A DNA stretch of 62,814 nt, filler included, from Collodictyon triciliatum (Eukaryota): NCBI GenBank assembly GCA_043381765.1. It is 5 parts of 5 records of this genome, joined end to end, with 100 filler letters (N's around TTAATTAATTAA, not from the genome) between each part and the next. Parts side by side here need not be neighbours in the genome. Positions count along the whole stretch, not along the records: positions 26,843 to 46,551 come from JBHJMP010002003.1; positions 46,652 to 59,975 come from JBHJMP010002005.1; 3 more parts are not named here. One strand, given 5' to 3'. This document shows positions 36,901 to 49,800 of the stretch, one piece after another (the stretch's first letter is position 1; the number at the start of each line of letters is the position of its first letter). The notes below the pieces were generated by a model. That model was not told the origin of the DNA, did no database searches, and worked only from the letters and a program-made list of their open reading frames with translations. Both the position numbers and the translations under genes were made by a program.

Positions 36901-39900
36901 TTTCCGTTTCCTCTACTCACCCTAATTTATTTAATCGTTGCTCAGGAGAGAAGAACTGCGTCAGTATCAGCATTAGAGTATACGGAGTTATTGGTATTAA
37001 GTAAGGCAGACTTTGAGAGCTCTGTAAAATATTTCCCAGAGTTTGCAACTATGATTAAGGATATCGCCAAAGTAAGATTATTAGCAAATAAAAGTAGCAT
37101 TCCCTTTTTTTATTTTATTTTTTTAATCTTTGAACATTCCACATAATGCCATAAACCAATTTTTAGGAGCGTAAGGAGATTACATCGTTCCACTCTGACT
37201 CTGAGCTAATGGAAAATTATTTTAAAAAATCACGCGAGTCACCTAGTTCGAAAGACAAATGTTAGCATTCTGTTAGATTCTATTTACATTTATATTTTTT
37301 TTTAAAAAAAAAGAAAATGCCCAATCTAGATTAAGTAGCAGTTCTTTTATTATTTATCTTATATATGTTTTAATCTTAGCATCATCGAATCTCTCGAACT
37401 CGGGGAAAGGAATGTATGTGCCTTACTACTCTTTATACATTTTCTCTACAAATTATATGAACGAATGAATCCAATTTCCTCCCTCCCATTCTTTTGATAA
37501 ACTTTCCCCTCATCAAAGGTAAGAAATGTTTTCAATTATGAAACGAATTAAAGTTTTAGATAAATGCGAAAAAAATGTAGGAAATTCATCACGGCTGTTC
37601 AGCTCTATCAACAACAACGGCGACGCAGTATCACCCTGGCCCAAAACATGCGTGTTGTGGGAAACCGAAGAAGTAAGAAAAGAAAAAACACCAACAAACC
37701 ATCTGAAAAATCTCGACAAATCTTTGTAAATTCTGGGTCTTTTATTGCATAATGTTTTGTAGATTAAAAATTGATCGATTATTGATATGCAAGGCTCAAC
37801 AATTGCCTTTCGAGAAGATAGTCCACTCCCAATAGCCGAAACTGAGCAAGAAATCTCTGGCCAAAGCAAACCAGAATCTACGGAAGACCCATCAAACGAA
37901 GGCGGTGGTGGCAGCAGGTTAAGATACTATACCATTTGCAATAATACCAAACATATATCGCCTTCAGTATTTCAGCTTCTTTTTTTTTTTTCTCATATGT
38001 ATATGAAAACAATACTTCAAAAGCATTCATTCAGTCCAGTGGCCGACCAGCTCCATTCTCACGAAACATACTCTTTTCAAACATAGGCGGTCATCCATGC
38101 GCGGGTCCATATCACGGCCGGGAGTCTTTCGGCGCCTCTCACTCAGTGGCTTCGGCAACAGCCCGTCAAAGGAGGCTCCGCCCTCAGGCATGTCTGATGA
38201 CGACAAAGCCATCATGGCCATCGCGGCTGCGGCTGTGGCGGCCCAAGCTGCTCAGGCAAACTCGCACATGGAACTGCAGTCGAGCGCCCAACACTCTGTG
38301 CCGCCTCGACGAAGAACAAACTCACTTATGGCAGAATCCGGGCATGATTCTGATGCAGCTGCACATACTGAGGAGGAAGCATCTCGGCCTATGAGCGAGA
38401 TGAAAGGCCGCCGCTCGCTTCACATCGGCCTCGAAAATACAAAGCCAGGGACTCCCTTGAAAGAAGATGAGTCTGCGTCGCTGGCAGAATCCCCAGATAG
38501 AGTGTACCATCCACCACCGATTCCGCTGTCGGCTTTGTCGGGCAGAAGCCGTCGAACGCTATCTATGACTTCGCGGGCCAAAGACGAAGAAGATGAACCA
38601 GAGCGCGACAATGAGCACGTACATGAGCATGAGCGTGAGCACGAACATGAACAGAATGATAATGCTGCAAACATACCTGAAATGAAGGACTCACTAAAGT
38701 CACATAACAGAGTAATATTTTATTTAATATAAACCATTATCATGTTCATGTATGTTACATGAAAGTATTCTTTTTTTTTTTTTTTAAAAAAAAAATGGTT
38801 TGGGTATCCTTATAAGTAAAATCATATTGTTTTATCATCAAAGAAACTATTAATAACTTAATTTCTGACTTCCAGGCAAGCATTCAAATTGCACATAGAA
38901 AGTCCACGGTGTCTGTAGCGTCGGTTGAAGAACATATCCATAACAGAACAAAATCTGTCTCAGGTATATTCACTCGTCTCAAGGTTTAATGTACAACTAT
39001 CTTGTTGTGTTCGACAAACATTTTGGAATAAAGTCGTGATTACATTTGATTCACCCACGCTCATTTACACACTTATCAGTGAGTGCAAAGGAGCGACTCA
39101 GGATAAAAATAGCTGATCCGATTCTTGAGTCCATGTCAAACATAGCAAAGCTTTTAGAGCCATCCTCTCCTCGTATACTTGAGCATGACTCTGATCCCAG
39201 GCTCTACTTGATGATTACGTCTTCCATGGTAAGTACCTAGAACAAGGAGGAGCATATTTACTTTCAACGTGATATACAGTGCAATACTTTTAACATAATT
39301 ATAAAGATGCTGGCGCAAAAAATAGTGCACAGTTCCTTGATTTATAATATTGATTTTTGTAGTGTATCATATACAACCTATGGGTTATTCCCTTTCGTAT
39401 TGGGTTTGCCGGTGAATTGGGATGGTATTTCATGCCTGTAGACTACTTTACAGACCTTGTATTTCTCATCGATATTGTCGCGAACTTCTATGTCTCCTAT
39501 CTAGACGACAGAGGAGAGAGGTTAGCTTGCTTCCTTCGCAATTACGCCATACAATCAAAAGAAACGGGCAAAACTACGAAAGAAAAATATCAGCAACCAA
39601 TGATATGTTTTGTTGAATCATTGAGTTAAATCCTTATTTGACAATACTAACACAAATTCAACATTTTTCTATTCTCTAAAAATTAAATTACATAAAATGA
39701 ACACCAATAAAACTAGAATCAAAGATCAGCGCCTAATACGAACGCGGTACTTAAATGGTTGGTTCGGCTTTGATGTATTCACCACTATGCCTCTCGACTT
39801 GATTGCCATCGCAGTGGGAACAAAGTATCTCGGACTTATGCGTTTGCCACGCATGTTTAAAGTTCTTCGACTCCTCCAATATGCAAACCTGTCTGAACAG

Positions 39901-42900
39901 CGGCTCCAAATCAATCCGTCCATATTCCGCATCATCAAATTATTTGGCTTCTTTCTATTATTTGCCCATATCACGGGATGCATTTGGTATATCATTCCTG
40001 ACGTCATGAACCATACGCACGATTGGAGAACAGCTCATAATCTAAGTATACACAAATTCACATATTACATTATTATTATTATTATTATTACTATTACTAT
40101 TACTATTACTATTACTATTACTATTACTATTACTATTACTATTACTATTACTATTACTATTACTATTACTATTACTANNNNNNNNNNNNNNNNNNNNNNN
40201 NNNNNNNNNNNNNNNNNNNNNNNNNNNNNNNNNNNNNNNNNNNNNNNNNNNNNNNNNNNNNNNNNNNNNNNNNNNNNNNNNNNNNNNNNNNNNNNNNNNN
40301 NNNNNNNNNNNNNNNNNNNNNNNNNNNNNNNNNNNNNNNNNNNNNNNNNNNNNNNNNNNNNNNNNNNNNNNNNNNNNNNNNNNNNNNNNNNNNNNNNNNN
40401 NNNNNNNNNNNNNNNNNNNNNNNNNNNNNNNNNNNNNNNNNNNNNNNNNNNNNNNNNNNNNNNNNNNNNNNNNNNNNNNNNNNNNNNNNNNNNNNNNNNN
40501 NNNNNNNNNNNNNNNNNNNNNNNNNNNNNNNNNNNNNNNNNNNNNNNNNNNNNNNNNNNNNNNNNNNNNNNNNNNNNNNNNNNNNNNNNNNNNNNNNNNN
40601 NNNNNNNNNNNNNNNNNNNNNNNNNNNNNNNNNNNNNNNNNNNNNNNNNNNNNNNNNNNNNNNNNNNNNNNNNNNNNNNNNNNNNNNNNNNNNNNNNNNN
40701 NNNNNNNNNNNNNNNNNNNNNNNNNNNNNNNNNNNNNNNNNNNNNNNNNNNNNNNNNNNNNNNNNNNNNNNNNNNNNNNNNNNNNNNNNNNNNNNNNNNN
40801 NNNNNNNNNNNNNNNNNNNNNNNNNNNNNNNNNNNNNNNNNNNNNNNNNNNNNNNNNNNNNNNNNNNNNNNNNNNNNNNNNNNNNNNNNNNNNNNNNNNN
40901 NNNNNNNNNNNNNNNNNNNNNNNNNNNNNNNNNNNNNNNNNNNNNNNNNNNNNNNNNNNNNNNNNNNNNNNNNNNNNNNNNNNNNNNNNNNNNNNNNNNN
41001 NNNNNNNNNNNNNNNNNNNNATAGAAATAGAAATAGAAATAGAAATAGAAATAGAAATAGAAATAGAAATAGAAATAGAAATAGAAATAGAAATAGAAAT
41101 AGAAATAGAAATAGAAATAGAAATAGAAATAGAAATAGAAATAGAAATAGAAATAGAAATAGAAATAGAAAAGATAGAAGCCTCCATAGTTACGACGCAG
41201 AGTATTCACAAAATGCTCATGCAACATGAAACAGGGGTTGGATGAAGCTGCTATCCTCGGCCGACTCCCGCCGATGCTCCGCTCCGAAGTGGCCCAATAC
41301 CTTTATCGAGAAACACTTTCAGAGGTATATCAGGCTCTAGCAAGATGGCTTCTGATAGTTAACATTTGTGCGTATACAGAAGTATATGATAGTAAATATG
41401 TTAAAATAATAATTCCTCTCAAATATAAACAGGTGGCCTTATTCCAAGGTTCGGAGGCGACGGGCTTAATGAACTCAATTGTATTGATGCTTCGACCTCA
41501 AATGGCATTGCCTGGGGAGTATATCATCCGACAAGGTTCGGATTATATGCTACTTTGGCACTTCTTCACTCTGTCGATTCACTAGTCTTTCTTTTCCTTT
41601 ATACTTCTCTACTACTTCCTTTTTACATTTCTTTTCTTTTTCTTTTGAAATTTGTGTTTTTCTCTCTCATTATAACGCTGAAGAATCGGCTCTTTCATCG
41701 AATTACGTGTATCTAAATGTCGACTTATCAACTCTAGGTGAAGTTGGGGAAGAAATGTACATCGTGCAAACTGGCCAGGTAGAAGTTGTAAGAGACGGGC
41801 GACTTGTGACAAAGTAAACAATACCTCTAATCAGTGAATTAGTTTCAAAGCAGAGTAAAAAATAATAATAATTTGAAAATACATAGATGAGTGTGAATTT
41901 CGCCACTATCATTTCTCTCAAATTCTCGAAAAAAAATAAATAGAATTGGTGCAAAATCTTACTTTGGAGAAATTAGCCTGATTTTTTCACAAAAACGAAC
42001 TGCGTCTGTTTTGGCTGCGGAGTATTGTGAATTGCTAATGCTTACAAAGGTAAAGACTTTATATCACACAAAAGAAGCCATTCTTTTAGAATAAATGAAC
42101 CACAGGACAACTACCGTTAGGTATGTTCAGATTTATCTCATTAACATCCTCGTTCTTACATTCTGTCAGAACGACTTGGAACAACTCCTGCGCATCTTTC
42201 CAGAATTTTCAAAATCAATGACTTCTCTCGCGAAGGAACGAATCCAGTGCGTCTCAAATCAATTATATTCGAGCTATTCAAACAAAAAAACACAACAACA
42301 AATAATAAGTTCATTAATTGCGATAAAGGGGTCGCGAACCTCCTCATTCGACTACGAAAAATTATTATAAGCTTGTGACCAACACACAGAAAATCGATGA
42401 CATATTTATTAAAAAAAGAAAAAAAAGAAAAAAAAGAAAAAAAAGAAAAAAAAGAAAAAAAAGAAAAAAAAGAGGGAAAACAGACAGGTCGATTTTCTTG
42501 TTCAATTCTTAATACATGCTTGGAACAGACAATCGAACGCAAATACTGACGGCAAAAAAGAGACACCGAAGCTTGGGTCACAAGGTTGGGACAAAGTCCG
42601 TCGCAAATTCCGAGATGTACTCTCCTCTGCTGCGAAAGACAGGTTCCTAGTTACTTTTTTTTTTTTGTTATATATATTTTCTCTAGTCTCCAGGCCAATG
42701 GTATCATCTTTATTAGCAGCCCATGAGTTTTTCTTTTCCTTTTCTCGATCTTATTATTATAAATTCCTTGTTACTTATCTACAAGTAACAACCCACCAAC
42801 CTCAGACATATAACCCAGACCATATACACGACCATCATGATATTAATAAGCTGATAGATTTTTGACCTTTTAATTCATATTTTAAATTTCCCATTCTATC

Positions 42901-43668
42901 AAATAAAATACGGGAACGCGCATAAACTTTTATTTTTCACTACCATGTATCCTCTTGTTTAGCACATTTTCCAACATATTTTTTTTTTTTAAAAAATAAA
43001 TAAAATAAAAATGAGCAGAGTTACTCCCGCTTCTAGCCTCGCTGCACCCAGCATTACGCCTGCCGGATTCCAAACAATCATCGAAAAATCCCCAAACATT
43101 CGCTCTGAGCCGCATCCAACACTCTTATCCATGTTTACAAAGTCTGCAAAGAGTCCTCGCAAATATGAGGAGCCTGTGGAACTCAAGGAGGTTTGTCAGT
43201 CAATCCAAAACAAAAACAAAGCCAAAAAGAATAAAAGTAATTATTTGTAAAAGAAATAGAAGAAGAAAAAAAGAAGGTATTTTTACCCATGCCCACCCTC
43301 TAAAGCGTAGAACTCTTTCTACATAACAGGTTTCATCGCTTCCAAACGCACTGCCAGACAATCAAGTCATGGAATTCTCGCCAACCACACAGGCATCATT
43401 CCAAGGGAAAATGAGGGAAATCGAGAATGAAATCCAAGACCAATACAGTGACCAAAAGAGTTTGCAAGCGTCGCCCTCGGAGTTCTGCCCAGAGGAGGGA
43501 ACCCACCCCGACAGGATTCTCCCGCCCCAGCTGGAATCGCATTCGCGGCCGTCCTCACAGACTCGTTTGATTCCGATGATTAGAGCCTCGGATGATAATC
43601 ACGAGGGCAACGACGGAAGTCACAAGAAACACAATAGTGGCTTCGGTAACCAGAGTATAGTAGATTAG
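33985..43668 (+). CDS. Cyclic-nucleotide-binding-domain K+ channel (KCNH/EAG/HCN-like) locus with two 6TM+C-linker+CNBD repeats
   Basis: Repeat 1: VLHPYSRVRLAWE, IYNALMIPFR, DIWLNF, WFILD, LRIPR, YWSIVVLTTIGFGD, YFGEVSL, RRTASV. Repeat 2: IYNLWVIPFR, DIVANF, WFGFD, MRLPRMFKVLR, LPPMLRSEV, YFGEISL, KRTASV. The repeat-2 pore falls in the N gap 40178-41020. Start codon is uncertain, and this may be one or two genes (see findings). Confidence 0.88.
34028..34122 (+). repeat. (TTTTG)n intronic microsatellite
   Basis: Direct. Confidence 0.9.
40068..41170 (+). repeat. (TATTAC)n and (ATAGAA)n microsatellites flanking a scaffold gap
   Basis: Direct. Confidence 0.85.
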
Positions 43669-44658
43669 CATTGTATATGACTAATTTCTTCTGCCTAGCA
43701 GCGTTGTGTGGTGAATACCTCCGTTTACTAATCACTCAGTCTATTTTTTTCTTCCTGCGCGCCCTTCCGTTTCCCTTAAATGTTTTATTGAATCGCCTTT
43801 TCTTTCCGTCTTGTTATTGCTACCAACCCAGCAAAGTGTGTTTGTAAAGTACTCGTCGATAGTTTCTTCATGCCCAACCAGCCTATGAAAACTAATAAAC
43901 TAATTATTACAATTAATTGAAAAGAAATCTTTACAAAAGGAGAAAAGCACTTTCTTTTCACAATAAATTTTGTGTGCGCACACTTATTGAACTTGTATAC
44001 TTGCAGGAACACACTGTGTATTGTCATTTATTATTATTCTTTTGTTCCGTGGTGGCTTCTTTGCCGAAGTGGACAGTATTTTCCAGGGAACAAGAGAAAC
44101 CGTATCAACCGCGACGCGTCCGGGAGACTCATCATATCCATCTCCACAGTTGCTATCCTCATCATATTTATTCCAGCTATTGTTCTTATTGAGAACACAT
44201 GGACATAGATGATTAGACTCGCAAATGCGGATACATCCTGATATCTGGATATCCCGTTAGTTATATAAACGTAAAAGCCTTTGGAAAAAGAAAAAAAACC
44301 ATTGCAAAGAATGAATAACGGGCAGAGGATTGCACGCAAACAACCACAAACTCATTCCAGCAGTTAAAGAAAACAAAATGAAGCATCAGGATTTGTGTCC
44401 AATAATTAAACTCTTTGATTTATTTTAATGTGTGTTCATAATGAATGCGCCCCAAAAAAAAAGTCTGCCTCTTTCTTAACAAGCAAACGAGAAAAGAGAC
44501 AAAAGGCCAGACTTTCGAAAATTGAAGAAAGTGTCGGAACACGATGAATAATTGGTTGATTATTGATTATTTCTTGTGTAACAAAAAAAGCTTTTCTAGT
44601 ATTCGGAACCCTCCACAGAGTTAATCTGCATTTTATTAGCAGTTCGTTAACATTGTCT

Positions 44659-46442
44659 CTACAGATAGAGCTCTTGTCCAGCGACAGCAACCTACGCATT
44701 TGAGAGGGAAAATGAACGAGGAAAAATGTTAACAAATATGAATGCGGCTTCCTGAGGCCACACCCCACTTAGTCGCGTACGACGGATATGTTTGTTGCAT
44801 ATATATTTAAAAGAAATGAATATGAGAAGAAAAAGGAAATTATGAAACGAAAAGAAGGGATTACTAGCTATAATGTGGATGGAAGAGGTAGGAAATGTAT
44901 TGGGTAGTGCTAGACTCACCATAACCATCAATATGATGCTCGTGTACTTGTTTTTTGACGTGAAGAGGATGTAGAGCACAGTCATAAAGATGACTGAAGA
45001 GACAGGGTCGTCGATGGTGGACTGCACAAGATCCATTGCAGTGATGGCAATCAGCCCGGTGACCGACGCAGTGACACCATCCAGGAATAAGTGGATTCTA
45101 GAAATACAGAGTGGGTGATAAATGCGAAATAGCGACCATAACTAAAAATTGTATGACATGTTTGGTACCTCACAGAAAAAAAGAAAAGAAAAGAAAAGAA
45201 AAGAAAAGAAAAGAAAAGAAAAGAAAAGAAAAGAAAAGAAAAGAAAAGAAAAGAAAAGAATATCAGGGGGGTGGCCTTAAGCAATCCGACACCAGAAGCA
45301 AATAAACTCGAGAAGATAAAACAGAATTGCGGGCATCACAAACCGTGGTTCATCCACCAATCGCTCAAAGAAGTTGTGCCCAATCAGTGTGAATGAGAAG
45401 GCGGGAAGGAAAATACCGATTGTCATCAGAACAGCTCCTAAATACATCAAAAAAAATACATATACTACATATTAGATAATGATGAGGAACATAGCTACGT
45501 CAAATAATAATAATAGTAATAATAATAGAAGAATTGCAGAAAAAGATAAAGGTCACCTCCAACGCCATTTCCAAGATAGCCAACAAAGGTTGAGATAATG
45601 CTGACGAGCGGAGCAGGGAGAACAGAGCCAAGCGCAAGCCCATCGAGAAACTCCTCGTTGGTCAGCCATCCTCCGTTGTAGACGGCGTCTTGTTGCACAA
45701 AGGGAATGGCCGTGTATGCGCCTCCGAAAGTCAGCAGGCCGGCCAAGAGACCCAAGATAAAAAGCCCGCTCATCGTGGGCTCGTCCACAAGGCCCGTTCC
45801 ACCCCCTTCGTTGTCCGAAAAACCCACTGTTGCGGCGTAAGCGACATAGACACCGAAGCCGATGAGATTCAAAATGACAACAGTGTACTTGTACCTTTCA
45901 AATGACAGAAGCGTGTTAGTTGAATGAGGCATCTGCCTATCAGCATGCTAATTAACACGTTCATTAAGGGTATGGAGCACATTAGTATCCTGAGTAGATA
46001 TACCACCAGGGATAATTGGACAATTACCCGCGTATGTAAAGTGCATAAATAAGACCGGAGAAGAAGAGAGTGATGAAGAAGTTGATTTTTGCAACGCTTT
46101 GAAGGGCAGAGAAGAAGCCGATGGCAAAAAGCGTATTGCTGAATTGATGTGTTACCTTTTTTTTTTCCAGAAACGAGTTATTTAGTGTATTTTTTTTTTT
46201 TTGCTTCAAGATTACATGCTATTTTTTTTATTACTATTGTAAATATATATCTGAATCGTAAGTTGAGTTGGAAAAAATAATAAGGGTGCAAAGCAATATA
46301 TTAAAACAAGAAACAGTATGAACTTGTATTAACTTGGTCAGTAAAAGCGTGCTCGCTAATCTTATGGACGGCACGGCAAACCAGTGCGGCCACAGCTGGC
46401 TGGAGAGCATCAAACGAAGCCTGGCCGATGGATAAATACCAG
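44659..46442 (-). CDS. Chromate ion transporter (CHR/ChrA family), C-terminal part
   Basis: GLLAGLLTFGGAYTAIPF, WLTNEEFLDGLALGSVLPAPL, STFVGY, GIFLPAFSF, FLDGVTASVTGL; ends AGQELYL*. The 5' part is beyond the contig edge. Confidence 0.9.
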
Positions 46443-46451
46443 CTTGTCAGT

Positions 46452-46548
<97 letters not shown>

Positions 46549-46551
46549 AAA

Positions 46552-46651
46552 NNNNNNNNNNNNNNNNNNNNNNNNNNNNNNNNNNNNNNNNNNNNTTAAT
46601 TAATTAANNNNNNNNNNNNNNNNNNNNNNNNNNNNNNNNNNNNNNNNNNNN
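46552..46651. other. Artificial contig-join spacer
   Basis: N44-TTAATTAATTAA-N44. Confidence 0.97.
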
Positions 46652-46888
46652 AAAAAGAAAAAAGAAAAAAGAAAAAAGAAAAAAGAAAAAAGAAAAAAGA
46701 AAAAAGAAAAAAGAAAAAAGAAAAAAGAAAAAAGAAAAAAGAAAAAAGAAAAAAAAAGGTATATACTACTCATCCGTAAATTCCCCTCTCGCTTTTCGAC
46801 ATAGCTAAAGTGAACACCTAATATTATCTTAATACAAAAAAAATGGATAATTTTCCAAACTAAATCGGTCGTCTTATTAATCTTCCAG

Positions 46889-49800
46889 CCGATTCTGTTA
46901 ATGGAAATGGCTCTTTTGAAGGTATCCAGGAAGAAGGTGCAGGTAATTCTCAGCGTGCTTCCAGGAGATTATCCAAATTCTCCACTCAACCAAGAACCGA
47001 AGAGCCTGCTCCAGAAAGAAGAAATTCGCGTTTTCATAGGTTCTCTTATTTAACCCCGAAATATACAAATAAAAATTTGATTGATTTTTTTATTTGTGTA
47101 TCGACATCGTTATGCATTTTTTTATTTTTCTTCTGAATAATGCATGTGGTTATCGCCTGAGAACATTTGCTTTAGAAGACTATCCTCCTTCAAGACTACA
47201 ATATTCAGCTCAAACAAGGATAAGGGTATGCACTCTATCTTTTATTGAGTACAAAACTAATTTATCAATAATTACCTGTACTTATTGGTCTTTCCCCTTA
47301 CTTTTCTCTTCTCACATTTTTCGTTGTGCTCATCAGTCAAACCCTTAACTTGCATGGTATAATAATATTTCACAAGTTTTTCTCCTATTTGCTCTTCGAG
47401 ACCATGAAGCTAAAAGCTACCAATCACTATTCTAGGAGGAGCTCGGGTTGATCTGAACTTTGACAGAGAACCTCCGCGAGGTGGGACGGATGAAGACGGA
47501 GCTGCCACATCGCCAGAGCAACACGATGCTGACAAGGTTTTCGTATCCATTCATTTCCATATGAGTTTTTTTTTCCTTTATTCGATTCAAAGATTCATTT
47601 CCATATGAGTTGATAATGCCTGATATACATGCAAAAAACTTTGAATACATTTAAAATGTTAACTTAATCGACTAAAGCACCACTTAATCCTCCCTTACAA
47701 TTGATCAGATGATGTGCACTTACACATATGCAAATGTATGACTAAGCTGCTGCACTTATCCAATAGAGCAATGTGAAGGCTTTCTGCAACAGACTATTTT
47801 CGGAGGAAAACAGAATGTCAGATGACGAGTTCCTTGATATTGTGGAGGAAAGTACACCAGAAGAAAGACGAGCAATATTACAGGAGGTTTTGAGGAAATT
47901 AAGACATACTAAATCGCTTCTAAATCTTACAAAGTCTATCAACGCCGAGCTCGACCATGAGGTTTGCATAAAATCTTTAATATTGACAGAAAGTGTTTGA
48001 TATATCGAACATACTACATTCCCTTTTTTTACGATTGCGTGGTAATTTTAAAATGCCACCCACAATATTAATATTTAGGGGAATAATTTGACTCGTTTTC
48101 TATTGTGTTTTTGAATTGTATTTTTCTCGTATTATTGACGCACAATACTCAATCATGCCTAGACTGCGATGAAAAGAATTGTAAATGAGGCGTGTGATTT
48201 CATGAACTCTGACCGCGCCTGCTTATTTAGCATTGATGAAAAACGAGGAGAGATTGCCAGCAAGGTGACACATATACCACCAAAATGTTCAAAAAATTAC
48301 CAACAACTTTAATCGTTCAAATAGCTCCTACCCAGAACAAAATCATCAGATTAATGCTCAAGATACTCATCGCTCGCTACAAACACTCATTGTACAGTAT
48401 CACCTGAAAATCTTTCGCAATTATACCTTTAAGGTTTTATCTGTTCGGAACAACCAAGATGAAATCAGATTTCCGATGGGAAGAGGTATCGCTGGTTCCG
48501 TGGCCAGCACAGGTCAAAGTGTCAATATTAAAGATGCTCACGAGTAATTTTCTTTTATCCATTTCATTATTTAGATCAAGATATATAAATGGAACGAGGT
48601 GTCTTTCGAAAAAGAAAACAAAATACCAACAAAATATCAGCACAAGAACCACTCACATTTTTCTAACTATAATAACATTTCTCTGCATTAATTATAATTG
48701 TTATTGGTGTAATTTTATTTCAATTTGGCAATGGAAACTCAAAATAATAAGATACTAATAATTATATCCATCTTATACAGGGACTCTCGTTTCAATCCAA
48801 CATTTGACCGCCTAACTGGGTACAGAACACGAAGTATTTTATGTATGTGCATTCGTGACATCACAGGGAAGAAAATTGCAGTCATGCAAGTTATCAACAA
48901 AATGGTCGGCGATGGGATATTTTATGAAGAAGATGAGCATGACATGGAGCTTTTTGCTGTTCAAGCTGCAAATTGCCTGCGAAATGCCCAGCTTTATGAA
49001 GCCGCCATCAAGGCATCTTTCTCAAAAACAAAACAAAACAAAACAAAACAAAACAAAACAAAACAAAACAAAACAAAACAAAACAAAACAAAACAAAACA
49101 AAACAAAACAAAACAAAACAAAACAAAACACTTCTAATTTTATTCATTTTGTCATATAACGTTTTTTTTTATTTGTTTATTTGCATCATCTTTATTTTTC
49201 GAAATCATCGCCATCGATACTACCATTTACTAGATTTTTTTAATTGCACAACTTTCATATCTTTAATCTGGTTTATCTAAAAGAATCTCGTTTATATGAC
49301 TTTCTCACTATCATTTTTCTCCTCAATCATCTTCTGTCACAGGCCCAACAAAAAATTGCTGTTCTTTTGGATGTTGCACGGCAGATGTCATCCAACCTTG
49401 ACCTCAACAGCCTTTGCAAACTCATCATGATGAAGTCCAAGGATTTACTCGAAGCTGATCGGTGCACTCTTTACCTTGGTACGTTTCCAGCATAGACGCG
49501 ACTATTCATTCATTCATTCAATCATTGTAGATGCAGCCTATGGACTAATTATCACACAAAAAACACCTACAGTTGACAAGGAAACAAATTCACTGTACTC
49601 CAAGTTTGCCGACCGGCAACCAGAAATTCGAGTCCCAATAGGCTCAGGAATATCAGGATACGTAGCACAATCTGGTATTTTGCCATTCCGTCATTTGTTA
49701 TGCGCAAGAATCGTTCGAGATAAATTTTAAGGCCTAAAAAAATTGAGATTAAAGACGTCTGATTCACTTTCTCAATTATATAATATAGCAAAAGTCGATG

